Source of the DNA: Candidatus Saccharibacteria bacterium UBA5170
Lineage (GTDB): Bacteria; Patescibacteriota; Saccharimonadia; Saccharimonadales; Saccharimonadaceae
NCBI GenBank assembly: GCA_002413425.1
Contig: DHWY01000003.1
Span: 17,693 to 81,692 of the forward strand
Direction of reading: 5' to 3'
Length of the DNA: 64,000 nucleotides
Positions 30,171 to 38,276 of the stretch are shown here, piece after piece. How positions within the stretch are numbered: position 1 is the stretch's first letter; each line of letters starts with the position of its first letter. Both the position numbers and the translations under genes were made by a program. The notes under the pieces are model-generated. The model was not told where the DNA came from, did no database searches, and was given only the letters and a program-made list of their open reading frames with translations.

Positions 30171-31673
30171 CTACCGGCCCAGTACGAATGGCGTGGCCAC
30201 TTTTTGGAGTCCTAGGTTAATATCGACCACCGTCTGATTGTCCCAATAATCACTGGTCTGGCTGTTGACTAGGAAGTCGGCCACGCCGCCGCCTTGGAGA
30301 AGTAGCAAAATCAGTAGCGCCGAGGCCAGCGGTACGGCCACTTTGGTCTGGACTTTGAAGATGGTGGTGAAAAACCGCCGATAGGCCAGACCCAGCCAGA
30401 CTAAAACCAGCGGCAGAATGACTATGGCGTAGCGGCCGTTGACGGCCACCAAGGTATGGTATTGGAGGTACTCAGAAAAGTTGTCATAGAGGAGGCTGAG
30501 CAGGTATAGTCCGGCGATGGCCATGAACAGCAACAGGTGCCGGTCGGTAGCCAGGATGGAGCGCCAATATACCAGACTAAGCACGATACCACTCAGTCCG
30601 ACCACCCCAGCCACTAGGACCGGGATCAGAAGAGGCGGGTACTCCTTAAAATTTCGATCGATGGCAAAATACAGCCGGTATAACATGTCACCCGTCCAGA
30701 CCTGCGGGAATTTGGCGATGGGAGGGTCAAGTGGCGGGTTATTGGCTTTGACGTTGGTCGCCAGCTGGTAGTTCCGCCCCCATGGGCCATACTGGAGGCA
30801 GCTTGGTAGCTCTTGGACGTCGCTGCAATCTGGCGCCAGGCTGTGGTATTGGACCAGATTGACACCATATCGTTCGACGAACAGACCTCCGCCCAGCAGG
30901 ACTGCGACCACTAGGCCTACCTGGAGGCCGCGGTCTAGCGACTTGAAAGAGCCGACTAGGCTGAGCCACAGGCCGGCTTTGGAAGGCGTTCGAATAACGA
31001 GAACTAGAAGATATATCATGATGGCGGCAATAACGGGTGCAAAGGCGTACTTGACCAGGGTGGCCAGGCTGCCGAGAGTCAGTAACAGCAGGAAACTGGT
31101 GGCCGGGAGTCGTCTGTGTTTAGTTATGGCGTTACTACAGGTAATCGCCAGGCTCGTGACTACCGCTACCATCAAAAAGACCAAGTTATCGTAGTTGATG
31201 GTGGCCGCCAGAAACGGGACGGTTGGAATCAGGGTCAGCGCCAGCAGTGCGAAATTGGTCAGGCGATCGGAGATGTGGACTTGGCGAAACAGGCGCCGGA
31301 ACATGAATAGGCCAGTTATAAATATAGCAATGTTGATCAGGCGGAGTAAAATGATCTGGACGACCTGGGCATCAGTAAACAGAGCGATCAAACGAAGCGG
31401 AAAGCTCATCAGGTAGTGGTATAGATAGGAGTCGTAGCGCGTCAGATCACCGTAACCGCTGGTGTAGTGCTCGGAAAGCGTCGAGATGAACGGCGACCAT
31501 TGGTGGGAATAGATCTGGATGATGCCGAAGTGGTAGCTCTCGTCAAAGGCCATCGGATACTGGACGTTGATGGCCATCCAGAGGGCCTGGACGGCAAACA
31601 GAATTATGAAGGCTGCGAAGAATTTCTTGGAGCCCAGGATGATAGATATCCGCTGTGTAATTTTTTTGGTCAT
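30171..31673 (-). CDS. GT-C fold membrane glycosyltransferase (ArnT/PMT-like)
   Basis: 500 aa with more than 10 TM segments. First periplasmic loop carries FDESYH (acidic DE motif typical of GT-C). Confidence 0.7.
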   Translation of the reverse strand: MTKKITQRISIILGSKKFFAAFIILFAVQALWMAINVQYPMAFDESYHFGIIQIYSHQWSPFISTLSEHYTSGYGDLTRYDSYLYHYLMSFPLRLIALFTDAQVVQIILLRLINIAIFITGLFMFRRLFRQVHISDRLTNFALLALTLIPTVPFLAATINYDNLVFLMVAVVTSLAITCSNAITKHRRLPATSFLLLLTLGSLATLVKYAFAPVIAAIMIYLLVLVIRTPSKAGLWLSLVGSFKSLDRGLQVGLVVAVLLGGGLFVERYGVNLVQYHSLAPDCSDVQELPSCLQYGPWGRNYQLATNVKANNPPLDPPIAKFPQVWTGDMLYRLYFAIDRNFKEYPPLLIPVLVAGVVGLSGIVLSLVYWRSILATDRHLLLFMAIAGLYLLSLLYDNFSEYLQYHTLVAVNGRYAIVILPLVLVWLGLAYRRFFTTIFKVQTKVAVPLASALLILLLLQGGGVADFLVNSQTSDYWDNQTVVDINLGLQKVATPFVLGR

Positions 31674-31740
31674 AAACTTTGTCTCAGTGTAAACGTGATT
31701 CCTTAAGTTAAGTTGAGTAGAGTAGGGTGCTGTCGGCCGG

Positions 31741-32862
31741 TTAGTCGGTCAGTTGATCGCTGACAATCTTATGGATTTTGGTAATGAACAGGCCTTTGTC
31801 GAACCGTTTGGCCTTGCGGCGCAATGTACCAGGGAGGAACGTCGTCTGCTCGGCTTTTTTAATCGCTGCCACCAGTGAGGCGACGGTCTGGTGCTTGAAC
31901 AGTATACCGCTCTCGCCGTCTTGAATGATATCGAGCGCCCCGCCTTTGGCGTAGGCAATCACCGGCGCGCCGGCGGCCAGGGCTTCGACCTGGACGATAC
32001 CGAAGTCTTCTTCGGCTGGGAACAGGTAGCCCTTGGTGCCGCAGAGGGCAGTTGCGACGGCAAGGTCAGAGGCGTCACCTCCACGATTGCTAAAAAATTC
32101 GACGGTCGGGCCAGCCATAGCCACTAGGCGTTGGTGTTCGCTACCGTTGCCATAGACGCGTAGTTGAATGCCAAGTTGTGTTGCGGCTGCAACTGCCAGG
32201 TCAATGCGCTTATAGGGCACCTGTCGGCCTAAAGCAACATAATAATCACCTCGCAGGCGGGTTGGTTCGAACCGATTCATGTCGACCGGCGGGTGGATGA
32301 CGGTTGAGGCTCGCTGGTAGTAGCGCTTGATACGTTTTTGAACCTCGGTGCTATTGGCAATAAACACGTCAATTGCCTGCGCGGCCTCGTAATCGGCTTT
32401 TTTCAGGGCCGGTACCGTCAGGGGTATGGCCAGGCGAATCAGCCAATTTAACTTACCGAAGCCGGGATCTTTTTTATACTGCGCGTAATGACTCCAATAG
32501 TAGCGGATGGGCGTGTGACAGTAGCATATGTGAATTTGACCAGGACGTGTTTTACGGACTTGTTTGGCTTCGGCGCTGGAGAAGCTCAGGATAATATCAA
32601 ACTCTGACAGATCAAGTTTTTTAAAGGCCCGCACCCGCAGGATCGGAAAAAATTTGTGCAGCTTTCGTAATGAGTAAGGCAGATCTTGGAGCCAGGTGGT
32701 GCGAATATCCAGGTCATCAAAGTCGGGCATTGCTTCGGGTGTGTAGACGCTGGTATAAATCGGTGCATCGGGAAACGCTTCGTGAGCCGCCAGCACAACG
32801 CGTTCGGCCCCGCCCATGTTGGTCAACCAATCAGTTACAATGGCAATTTTTGGAGTGGCCAT
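31741..32862 (-). CDS. Glycosyltransferase, GT4
   Basis: 373 aa. FPAEEDFGIVQVEALAAGAPVIAYAKGG (EX7E region). Confidence 0.85.
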   Translation of the reverse strand: MATPKIAIVTDWLTNMGGAERVVLAAHEAFPDAPIYTSVYTPEAMPDFDDLDIRTTWLQDLPYSLRKLHKFFPILRVRAFKKLDLSEFDIILSFSSAEAKQVRKTRPGQIHICYCHTPIRYYWSHYAQYKKDPGFGKLNWLIRLAIPLTVPALKKADYEAAQAIDVFIANSTEVQKRIKRYYQRASTVIHPPVDMNRFEPTRLRGDYYVALGRQVPYKRIDLAVAAATQLGIQLRVYGNGSEHQRLVAMAGPTVEFFSNRGGDASDLAVATALCGTKGYLFPAEEDFGIVQVEALAAGAPVIAYAKGGALDIIQDGESGILFKHQTVASLVAAIKKAEQTTFLPGTLRRKAKRFDKGLFITKIHKIVSDQLTD

Positions 32863-34298
32863 TATTTGGCGCCTCTTTTACGAAGCACGACGCCGATGGT
32901 TTTGAATAAAATTTTGATATCGAGCCAGAAAGTCCAGTTTTGGGCATAGAAGAGTTCGAGTTCGATCCGTTCCTCAAACGACAGTTCGCTGCGGCCCGAG
33001 ACTTGCCAGATGCCAGTCACGCCAGATTTGACGCTGTGGAGCAAAGATGTGCGGCCACTGGCCAGTTTGACTTCCTGGGGGAGGATGGGGCGGGGACCGA
33101 CCAGGCTCAGATCGCCTTTGAAAACGTTCAATATCTGAGGTAATTCATCAAGCGACGAGGCGCGCAGGAAGGCGCCGAACCTGGTGATACGCGGATCATC
33201 TTCAACTTTTCGATTCTTTTCGTATTCCAACGCCAGGTCTTCGCGTCCCATGTCGCGGAACTCATCGGCGGCATCACGGCTGCCATATTTGGCATCCATG
33301 CTGCGAAATTTGATCAGTCCGATTGGCTTTGAAAAACGACTGAGACGCTGGCTGACGTAAAAGGCTGGACCGGGGTCGACAGTCCTCTTGACGATAAACA
33401 GAATTAAGAAAACAGGGGAGAGCACGATAATCAGCAGCGTGCTCAGTAATTGGTCGAAAATTCGTTTGACGATAGCGCCCCAGCCAACCAGAGGCGTCTG
33501 GTAAACGGTAATCATCGGGTAGCCCAAAAAGACGTCGACGCTATTTTTGCCCGAATAGAATTCGGCCTCACCAGGGATAAAGCTATATTCGATATGATGC
33601 GTTTGAGCCATACTGAGGATACGTTGGTTACGCTCGACCGAGTCGTACAGGTCGGTTTGAATGATCGTGTTGATACCGTTGACCTGGATATCCTTTAGGG
33701 CCGTTTCAACCAGTGAATAGTGATGGGCACTGAGCTGATCGGGCATGATTTTCTTTGGTCCGGCCACGGCCACGATTTCATAACCACTTTTGGCTGTGTT
33801 GGCGAGGCTGAGGGCAATATCGCCCGTCGCATCGGACGTGCCGATAATCAGTACCCGTTTGACACCTTTGCCGTAGCGGAACATCAGACTGCGAACGACG
33901 CGTAAAATTTCACGCTCTACCACGATTAGCAGGAACGAGCCAGCCAAGACGTAGACCGCCACCAAGCGAGCCGGCAGGATGTTCTTGCCGCTGACGTACT
34001 GCCAGCCGATCACCAGCAGGATGCCGATAAACGAACCAATCAGTATCTTGCTCCATTCCACCAGGCGGCGATTGTAGGTATTGCGCTGGTACAGCCCCAG
34101 CGCCACGAAAATAAGAATCCAAAAGGGGATGATCAGCAGGAAGGCGTAGAGGTAGTCATAGGCGTGAACATTGGCCACCAGTGGGCGGGGATCGTACCGA
34201 ACGCGCAGGATGTAGGCCAGCGTAAAAGCAGCCAAGAGGACGAAGGTATCGATGATAATCAGGATGAGGCTGTAAAACTTGGTGTTTCTGCTTGGCAT
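32862..34298 (-). CDS. Polyprenyl-phosphate hexose-1-phosphate transferase (WbaP/EpsL-type initiating sugar transferase)
   Basis: 478 aa. N-terminal TM block, central Rossmann-like region, C-terminal bacterial sugar transferase domain with SLDELPQILNVFKGDLSLVGPRP. Confidence 0.88.
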   Translation of the reverse strand: MPSRNTKFYSLILIIIDTFVLLAAFTLAYILRVRYDPRPLVANVHAYDYLYAFLLIIPFWILIFVALGLYQRNTYNRRLVEWSKILIGSFIGILLVIGWQYVSGKNILPARLVAVYVLAGSFLLIVVEREILRVVRSLMFRYGKGVKRVLIIGTSDATGDIALSLANTAKSGYEIVAVAGPKKIMPDQLSAHHYSLVETALKDIQVNGINTIIQTDLYDSVERNQRILSMAQTHHIEYSFIPGEAEFYSGKNSVDVFLGYPMITVYQTPLVGWGAIVKRIFDQLLSTLLIIVLSPVFLILFIVKRTVDPGPAFYVSQRLSRFSKPIGLIKFRSMDAKYGSRDAADEFRDMGREDLALEYEKNRKVEDDPRITRFGAFLRASSLDELPQILNVFKGDLSLVGPRPILPQEVKLASGRTSLLHSVKSGVTGIWQVSGRSELSFEERIELELFYAQNWTFWLDIKILFKTIGVVLRKRGAK

Positions 34299-34341
34299 GT
34301 TGCGCTTATTATATCATTTTATGGGGTACAATATATGGTAG

Positions 34342-35655
34342 ATGGTAGGTAGTAGAAAAAGTAGCAGATTATCCTCGTTAGGAATAATCGAGAAGACGTA
34401 TCTGGGTATCCTGTTGGTGATTTTTGGTGGTATCGTCCTGCATGCCCCGCTGAGTGTCGGACTGGGCACGCTTGCCCCCAGTTATGAGCTTGTTTTTAAG
34501 TTATGGAAAGAGTTGTTGATGCTCGTCGCGGCAGTGGCGGTCGGCCTGATTCTGTATGACAAACGGCAGTTCAAAATCCTAAACGAGCCGTTAATGATTG
34601 CGATCGGTGTCTATGTCGCCATACATATAGTGCTACTCCCAGTCTTTTGGCAAGGACTGGCGCCGAGCGTGGCGGGTCTGATGATCGATCTGCGCTACCT
34701 ATTCTTCTTCGCTTTGGTGTATATTGCCCTCCGGCTGTATCCCTCGTCGCGTCGGCTGTTTATCAAGGTGGGAGTGGTTGGGGCATTGATTGCACTCATT
34801 TTCGCATTGTTGCAGGTATTTATTCTGCCGATAGACGTTCTAAAATACATTGGCTATAGTACTAAAACCATTGTTCCCTATTTGACTGTCGATCAAAACC
34901 ACGATTTTATTCGTATCAACAGCACGTTTCGAGGGCCAAACCCACTCGGTGCCTACGCTGGAATGGTCCTGACAATTCTGGTTGCCTTTACGATGAAGCA
35001 TCGTGTCAATATGGACTCGCGACGACTGACTATCGTCGGTATTTTGACAGTTGGAGGCATTGTGGCGTTGTGGGCAAGTTATTCGCGGAGCGCGCTGATT
35101 GCGGTGTGTCTGAGTATCGTAATTGTTCTGGGGGCGACAGTCGGTCGAAAATTATCGCGCCGCACCTGGATTATTAGTTCGGTGGTAGTCTTTGCTATTC
35201 TTGGTGGTCTGCTGCTCGGCCGAGGCAATAGTTTTGTGTCAAACGTGCTGTTTCACGAAAATCCAAGTGGTGGTAGCTCGGTGAGCTCGAACGAGGGCCA
35301 CGTTGAATCACTTCAGACTGGCATGAGCCGCCTTATTCGGCAGCCACTTGGCGGCGGCATTGGCAGTACGGGATCAGCCTCGTTATACGGCCATTCGCCG
35401 CTAATTGTTGAGAATCAGTATCTGTTTATTGCTCATGAAGCCGGCTGGGCTGGGCTGGTCGTATTTCTGCTTATCTTTGTCGGCGTACTGCGCCGTTTAT
35501 GGGAGCGACGCCAGGACTATCTGGCCCTCGGTGTGTTGGCGAGCGGTGTTGGCCTGGCATTAATTGGATTATTGCTGCCAGTCTGGGTTGACGATACGGT
35601 CGCTATTATCTGGTGGGGACTGGCCGCTGTTGCCCTGGGGGCTCATCATGACTGA
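34342..35655 (+). CDS. O-antigen ligase/polymerase-family membrane protein (Wzy_C-like)
   Basis: 437 aa, about 11 TM segments, with a large loop after ASYSRSALIAV as in O-antigen ligase-like proteins. Confidence 0.7.
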   Translation: MVGSRKSSRLSSLGIIEKTYLGILLVIFGGIVLHAPLSVGLGTLAPSYELVFKLWKELLMLVAAVAVGLILYDKRQFKILNEPLMIAIGVYVAIHIVLLPVFWQGLAPSVAGLMIDLRYLFFFALVYIALRLYPSSRRLFIKVGVVGALIALIFALLQVFILPIDVLKYIGYSTKTIVPYLTVDQNHDFIRINSTFRGPNPLGAYAGMVLTILVAFTMKHRVNMDSRRLTIVGILTVGGIVALWASYSRSALIAVCLSIVIVLGATVGRKLSRRTWIISSVVVFAILGGLLLGRGNSFVSNVLFHENPSGGSSVSSNEGHVESLQTGMSRLIRQPLGGGIGSTGSASLYGHSPLIVENQYLFIAHEAGWAGLVVFLLIFVGVLRRLWERRQDYLALGVLASGVGLALIGLLLPVWVDDTVAIIWWGLAAVALGAHHD

Positions 35656-36082
35656 GGTGCGATCAAGTAAGCGCCAAAGAGAACTGCTGAACTTTGTAGA
35701 CGGCTTTATTCAGGGGCATGGCTACGGTCCGAGCTACCGTGAAATTATGCGTGCCCTCGGCTACAAATCGGTTTCGACCGTCGCCATCCATATCAACGGG
35801 CTGATTGCTAAAGGCTACCTAAATAAACGAGATAATTCGGCCCGTTCATTAGAGATTGTCACGACTCATTTTGACGACGCCCCGACCAAAAAAGGCCCGA
35901 CGCCGGCCCAAGAAAAATGGCTGATTAACGCCGTAACCGAACGCTTCGATCGACTCGAGCAAGGCCATGACGAATCGGTGCTGGATGAGCTGTACGTTTT
36001 GATTGGTGCCCTCAAAATCCTTGGGCTCAGCGACGCCCATGTGGCCATGAAAGCTCGGCTCGTCGATTTGAAGCGCGTATAA
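35648..36082 (+). CDS. LexA N-terminal-domain-only DNA-binding protein (no S24 peptidase domain)
   Basis: Start set at MTEVRSSKRQRELLNFVDGFIQGHGYGPSYREIMRALGYKSVSTVAIHINGLIAKGYL (LexA wHTH pattern). The remaining ~75 aa are helical with no Ala-Gly/Ser/Lys S24 motifs. ATG overlaps the end of the upstream gene. Confidence 0.65.
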   Translation: MTEVRSSKRQRELLNFVDGFIQGHGYGPSYREIMRALGYKSVSTVAIHINGLIAKGYLNKRDNSARSLEIVTTHFDDAPTKKGPTPAQEKWLINAVTERFDRLEQGHDESVLDELYVLIGALKILGLSDAHVAMKARLVDLKRV

Positions 36083-36093
36083 TAGGCATAAGT

Positions 36094-37830
36094 ATGATTA
36101 AAGACTGGTCCGTCGGTGCCCATGGCTGGCTCGCGCTTCATTGGAAGCGAGCTCTGATTTTTGGTGGTGGTGGCATACTGGCGCTGATGACGTTGGTCCA
36201 GATTTTTTACCCAGCCGGGAACCTGCTGCCGTTCGCCTCGATTGAAGGGGTCAAACTGAGCGGCTGGAGCAAAACTGACGCCACGGCCGCCCTCGACAGC
36301 CGATACGCGCAGACCCCCTTGGCGATTTATTTTGGCGATAGCAAAGAGGCCTATCGTAACCCCAAACCGAGCGAAATTGGTACTGGTATCTCGAACGAGC
36401 AGCGCGTTAATCAGACAAACTACCCGTGGTACTTGCGGATAGCGCCTGGTTCGTTATTGTGGGGGCATTGGGCGGTTCAGACCGCCAGCGCTCCGTCCTA
36501 TAAGCATGACTCGGCCGCACTGGGGGTCTATATTAGTAAAGAGTTGGGTGATTCGTGTAGCGTACCGGCAAAAGACGCCGGGCTGAAAGTTGTCGACAAT
36601 AAACTTAAACTGCAAAAAAGTACCAATGGTGGTACTTGTACCGTGGCTGATGTCACAAAGAAACTAGCAACGGCTCAATTTAATTTGAGGGGTGACGTTA
36701 GGGTGACGATACCGGTCAAAGTCGTTCCTCCGGCAGTTGGCGATAGCGACGCGCAGGCTGTGGCCGATCAAGTTAGTAAGGGAATCAGCCAAGGTATAAA
36801 CGTCAAGGCGGGTAATCAAACGGTTTTGATTCCAAAAGATCAACTGATAACGTGGCTAGATTTTAGTGTTGTCGAGGGTAAGCTGGATTACTCGTTCAAC
36901 GTGGACCGGGCTGGTGCCTATCTTGATACCGCGCTGGCCGCAAAAGTGGCCGTCGCACCTGGCGTCACCAAAGTATCGACCTATGACTTTGTTGAAACCT
37001 CCCGACAAACCGGACCGAATGGACAGATACTCGATAAAGCCGGCACGCTGGCGGGTTTGAAGAGCTATGTGACGGGCGAAACCAAAGAGGTCACTGCGGC
37101 AACTGTGGCAGTGGCACCATCAACCACCTATGTCCGCGCCTACAGTCCGACCCATGTCGGGTTGTCGGCCCTGATGCAACATTATGCCGAAACTCATCCG
37201 GGTACCTATGGTGTGGCATTAACCGAACTGTCGGGCCAGTATCGACGGGCAACCTATAATAGTGATCAATCTTTTACCAGCGCCAGTACCTATAAGCTAT
37301 TCGTGGCCTACAGCACTCTCTTGCGGGTCGAGGCCGGAAGCTGGCAGTGGAGTGATCAAATTCAGGGTGGACGAAGTCTAGCCACCTGTTTTGACGATAT
37401 GATTGTCAAATCCGACAATGCCTGTGGCGAAGCCTTGCTGACAAAGATAGGTTACGCGGCCATTACGAACGAAGCGCACGCCATTGGCTGCGATGACACG
37501 TCATTTATGGGCAAAGACGGCATCAAGACGACGGCCAGCGATCTGGCGCTCCTGCTGGGCATGGTTCAGACGGGCCAGGTCCTCGGCCAACAGCCCAGCC
37601 GCGATCGCTTGATTGATGCCATGAAGCGCAACGTCTATCGTCAGGGGATCCCAAAAGGAGTCAGTAGCGTGGTGGCTGATAAAGTCGGCTTCATGGACGC
37701 CCTGCTGCACGACGCCGCAATCGTATATGGGCCAACCGGGCCGTATACCTTAGTTATTATGACCAACGGCTCGAGCTGGGCGAATATTGCCGAGCTGACA
37801 CGTCAAATTGAAGCTTTGCGTATTCAGTAA
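36094..37830 (+). CDS. Membrane-anchored serine hydrolase, class A beta-lactamase / DD-peptidase-like C-terminal domain
   Basis: 578 aa. N-terminal TM. C-terminal SxxK (SASTYK), SDN (KSDNACGE) and K-x-G (DKVGF) motifs. Confidence 0.75.
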   Translation: MIKDWSVGAHGWLALHWKRALIFGGGGILALMTLVQIFYPAGNLLPFASIEGVKLSGWSKTDATAALDSRYAQTPLAIYFGDSKEAYRNPKPSEIGTGISNEQRVNQTNYPWYLRIAPGSLLWGHWAVQTASAPSYKHDSAALGVYISKELGDSCSVPAKDAGLKVVDNKLKLQKSTNGGTCTVADVTKKLATAQFNLRGDVRVTIPVKVVPPAVGDSDAQAVADQVSKGISQGINVKAGNQTVLIPKDQLITWLDFSVVEGKLDYSFNVDRAGAYLDTALAAKVAVAPGVTKVSTYDFVETSRQTGPNGQILDKAGTLAGLKSYVTGETKEVTAATVAVAPSTTYVRAYSPTHVGLSALMQHYAETHPGTYGVALTELSGQYRRATYNSDQSFTSASTYKLFVAYSTLLRVEAGSWQWSDQIQGGRSLATCFDDMIVKSDNACGEALLTKIGYAAITNEAHAIGCDDTSFMGKDGIKTTASDLALLLGMVQTGQVLGQQPSRDRLIDAMKRNVYRQGIPKGVSSVVADKVGFMDALLHDAAIVYGPTGPYTLVIMTNGSSWANIAELTRQIEALRIQ

Positions 37831-37842
37831 AAATTACTATCG

Positions 37843-37943
37843 AGCCTCTCGGGTCCTGACGTCCGGTTTACCCCTAAAATTTTTATCGATTACGATCAAA
37901 CAATTTTGGGGTGGCCCCACCGGACGCCACCCGAGGCGAGGGA
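37843..37943. other. Long imperfect hairpin (~100 nt) between the hydrolase gene and the tRNA-Asn promoter
   Basis: Left arm has CTCGGGT..CGTCCGGT..CCCC.AAAATT. Right arm has AATTTTGGGG..ACCGGACG..ACCCGAG. That gives four helical segments (7+8+4+6 bp) with internal loops, and an apical ATCGATTACGAT mini-hairpin. Confidence 0.4.
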
Positions 37944-37957
37944 GTGACCAATAAACA

Positions 37958-37987
37958 TTGACTCGACTACCGAGGTAAGGGTATAAT
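37958..37987 (+). promoter_or_regulatory. Sigma-70-type promoter of tRNA-Asn
   Basis: TTGACT (37958-37963), 18-nt spacer, TATAAT (37982-37987). The tRNA starts 12 nt later. Confidence 0.6.
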
Positions 37988-37998
37988 ACTGTTTGTAT

Positions 37999-38073
37999 TC
38001 CGACGTAGCTCAATGGTGGAGCAAGAAGCTGTTAACTTCGAGGTTGCTGGTTCGAGTCCAGCCGTCGGAGCCA
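37999..38073 (+). tRNA. tRNA-Asn (anticodon GTT), CCA encoded
   Basis: Acceptor TCCGACG/CGTCGGA. D arm GCTC..GAGC. Anticodon loop CTGTTAA. T arm GCTGG TTCGAGT CCAGC. Discriminator G plus CCA. Confidence 0.93.
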
Positions 38074-38087
38074 AGCCTGGATAAATG

Positions 38088-38122
38088 AAGTCAGAACTGT
38101 TAATTCAGTTCTGACTTTTTGA
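38088..38122 (+). terminator. Intrinsic terminator after tRNA-Asn
   Basis: AGTCAGAACTG / CAGTTCTGACT stem, TTAATT loop, then TTTTTGA. Confidence 0.7.
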
Positions 38123-38276
38123 TACCCAAACTAGAGCTGAAACTAACGGTACGATTGGTTTACGGAGGCAGATTTACGCTTAGAAAGAACTAACAATTCA
38201 TTTTACCGAGTTGATGCATGGCTACACCTAATAGATGAAGTCGTTTTATAGGGCCAACGATTGTATAATACATACT

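Noticed and set aside
35564-35647. Upstream Met start of the LexA-like ORF.
   Set aside because: It lies entirely inside the O-antigen-ligase-like gene in another frame. The LexA-type wHTH begins right after the ATG at 35648.
37843-37943. Considered whether the long rod-like hairpin is the small (4.5S-type) SRP RNA.
   Set aside because: I could not find the conserved domain IV features: a GNRA-type apical tetraloop and the symmetric/asymmetric loop motifs around GGAA/AGCA. The apical loop here is a 21-nt AT-rich sequence. It is kept only as an unexplained structure.
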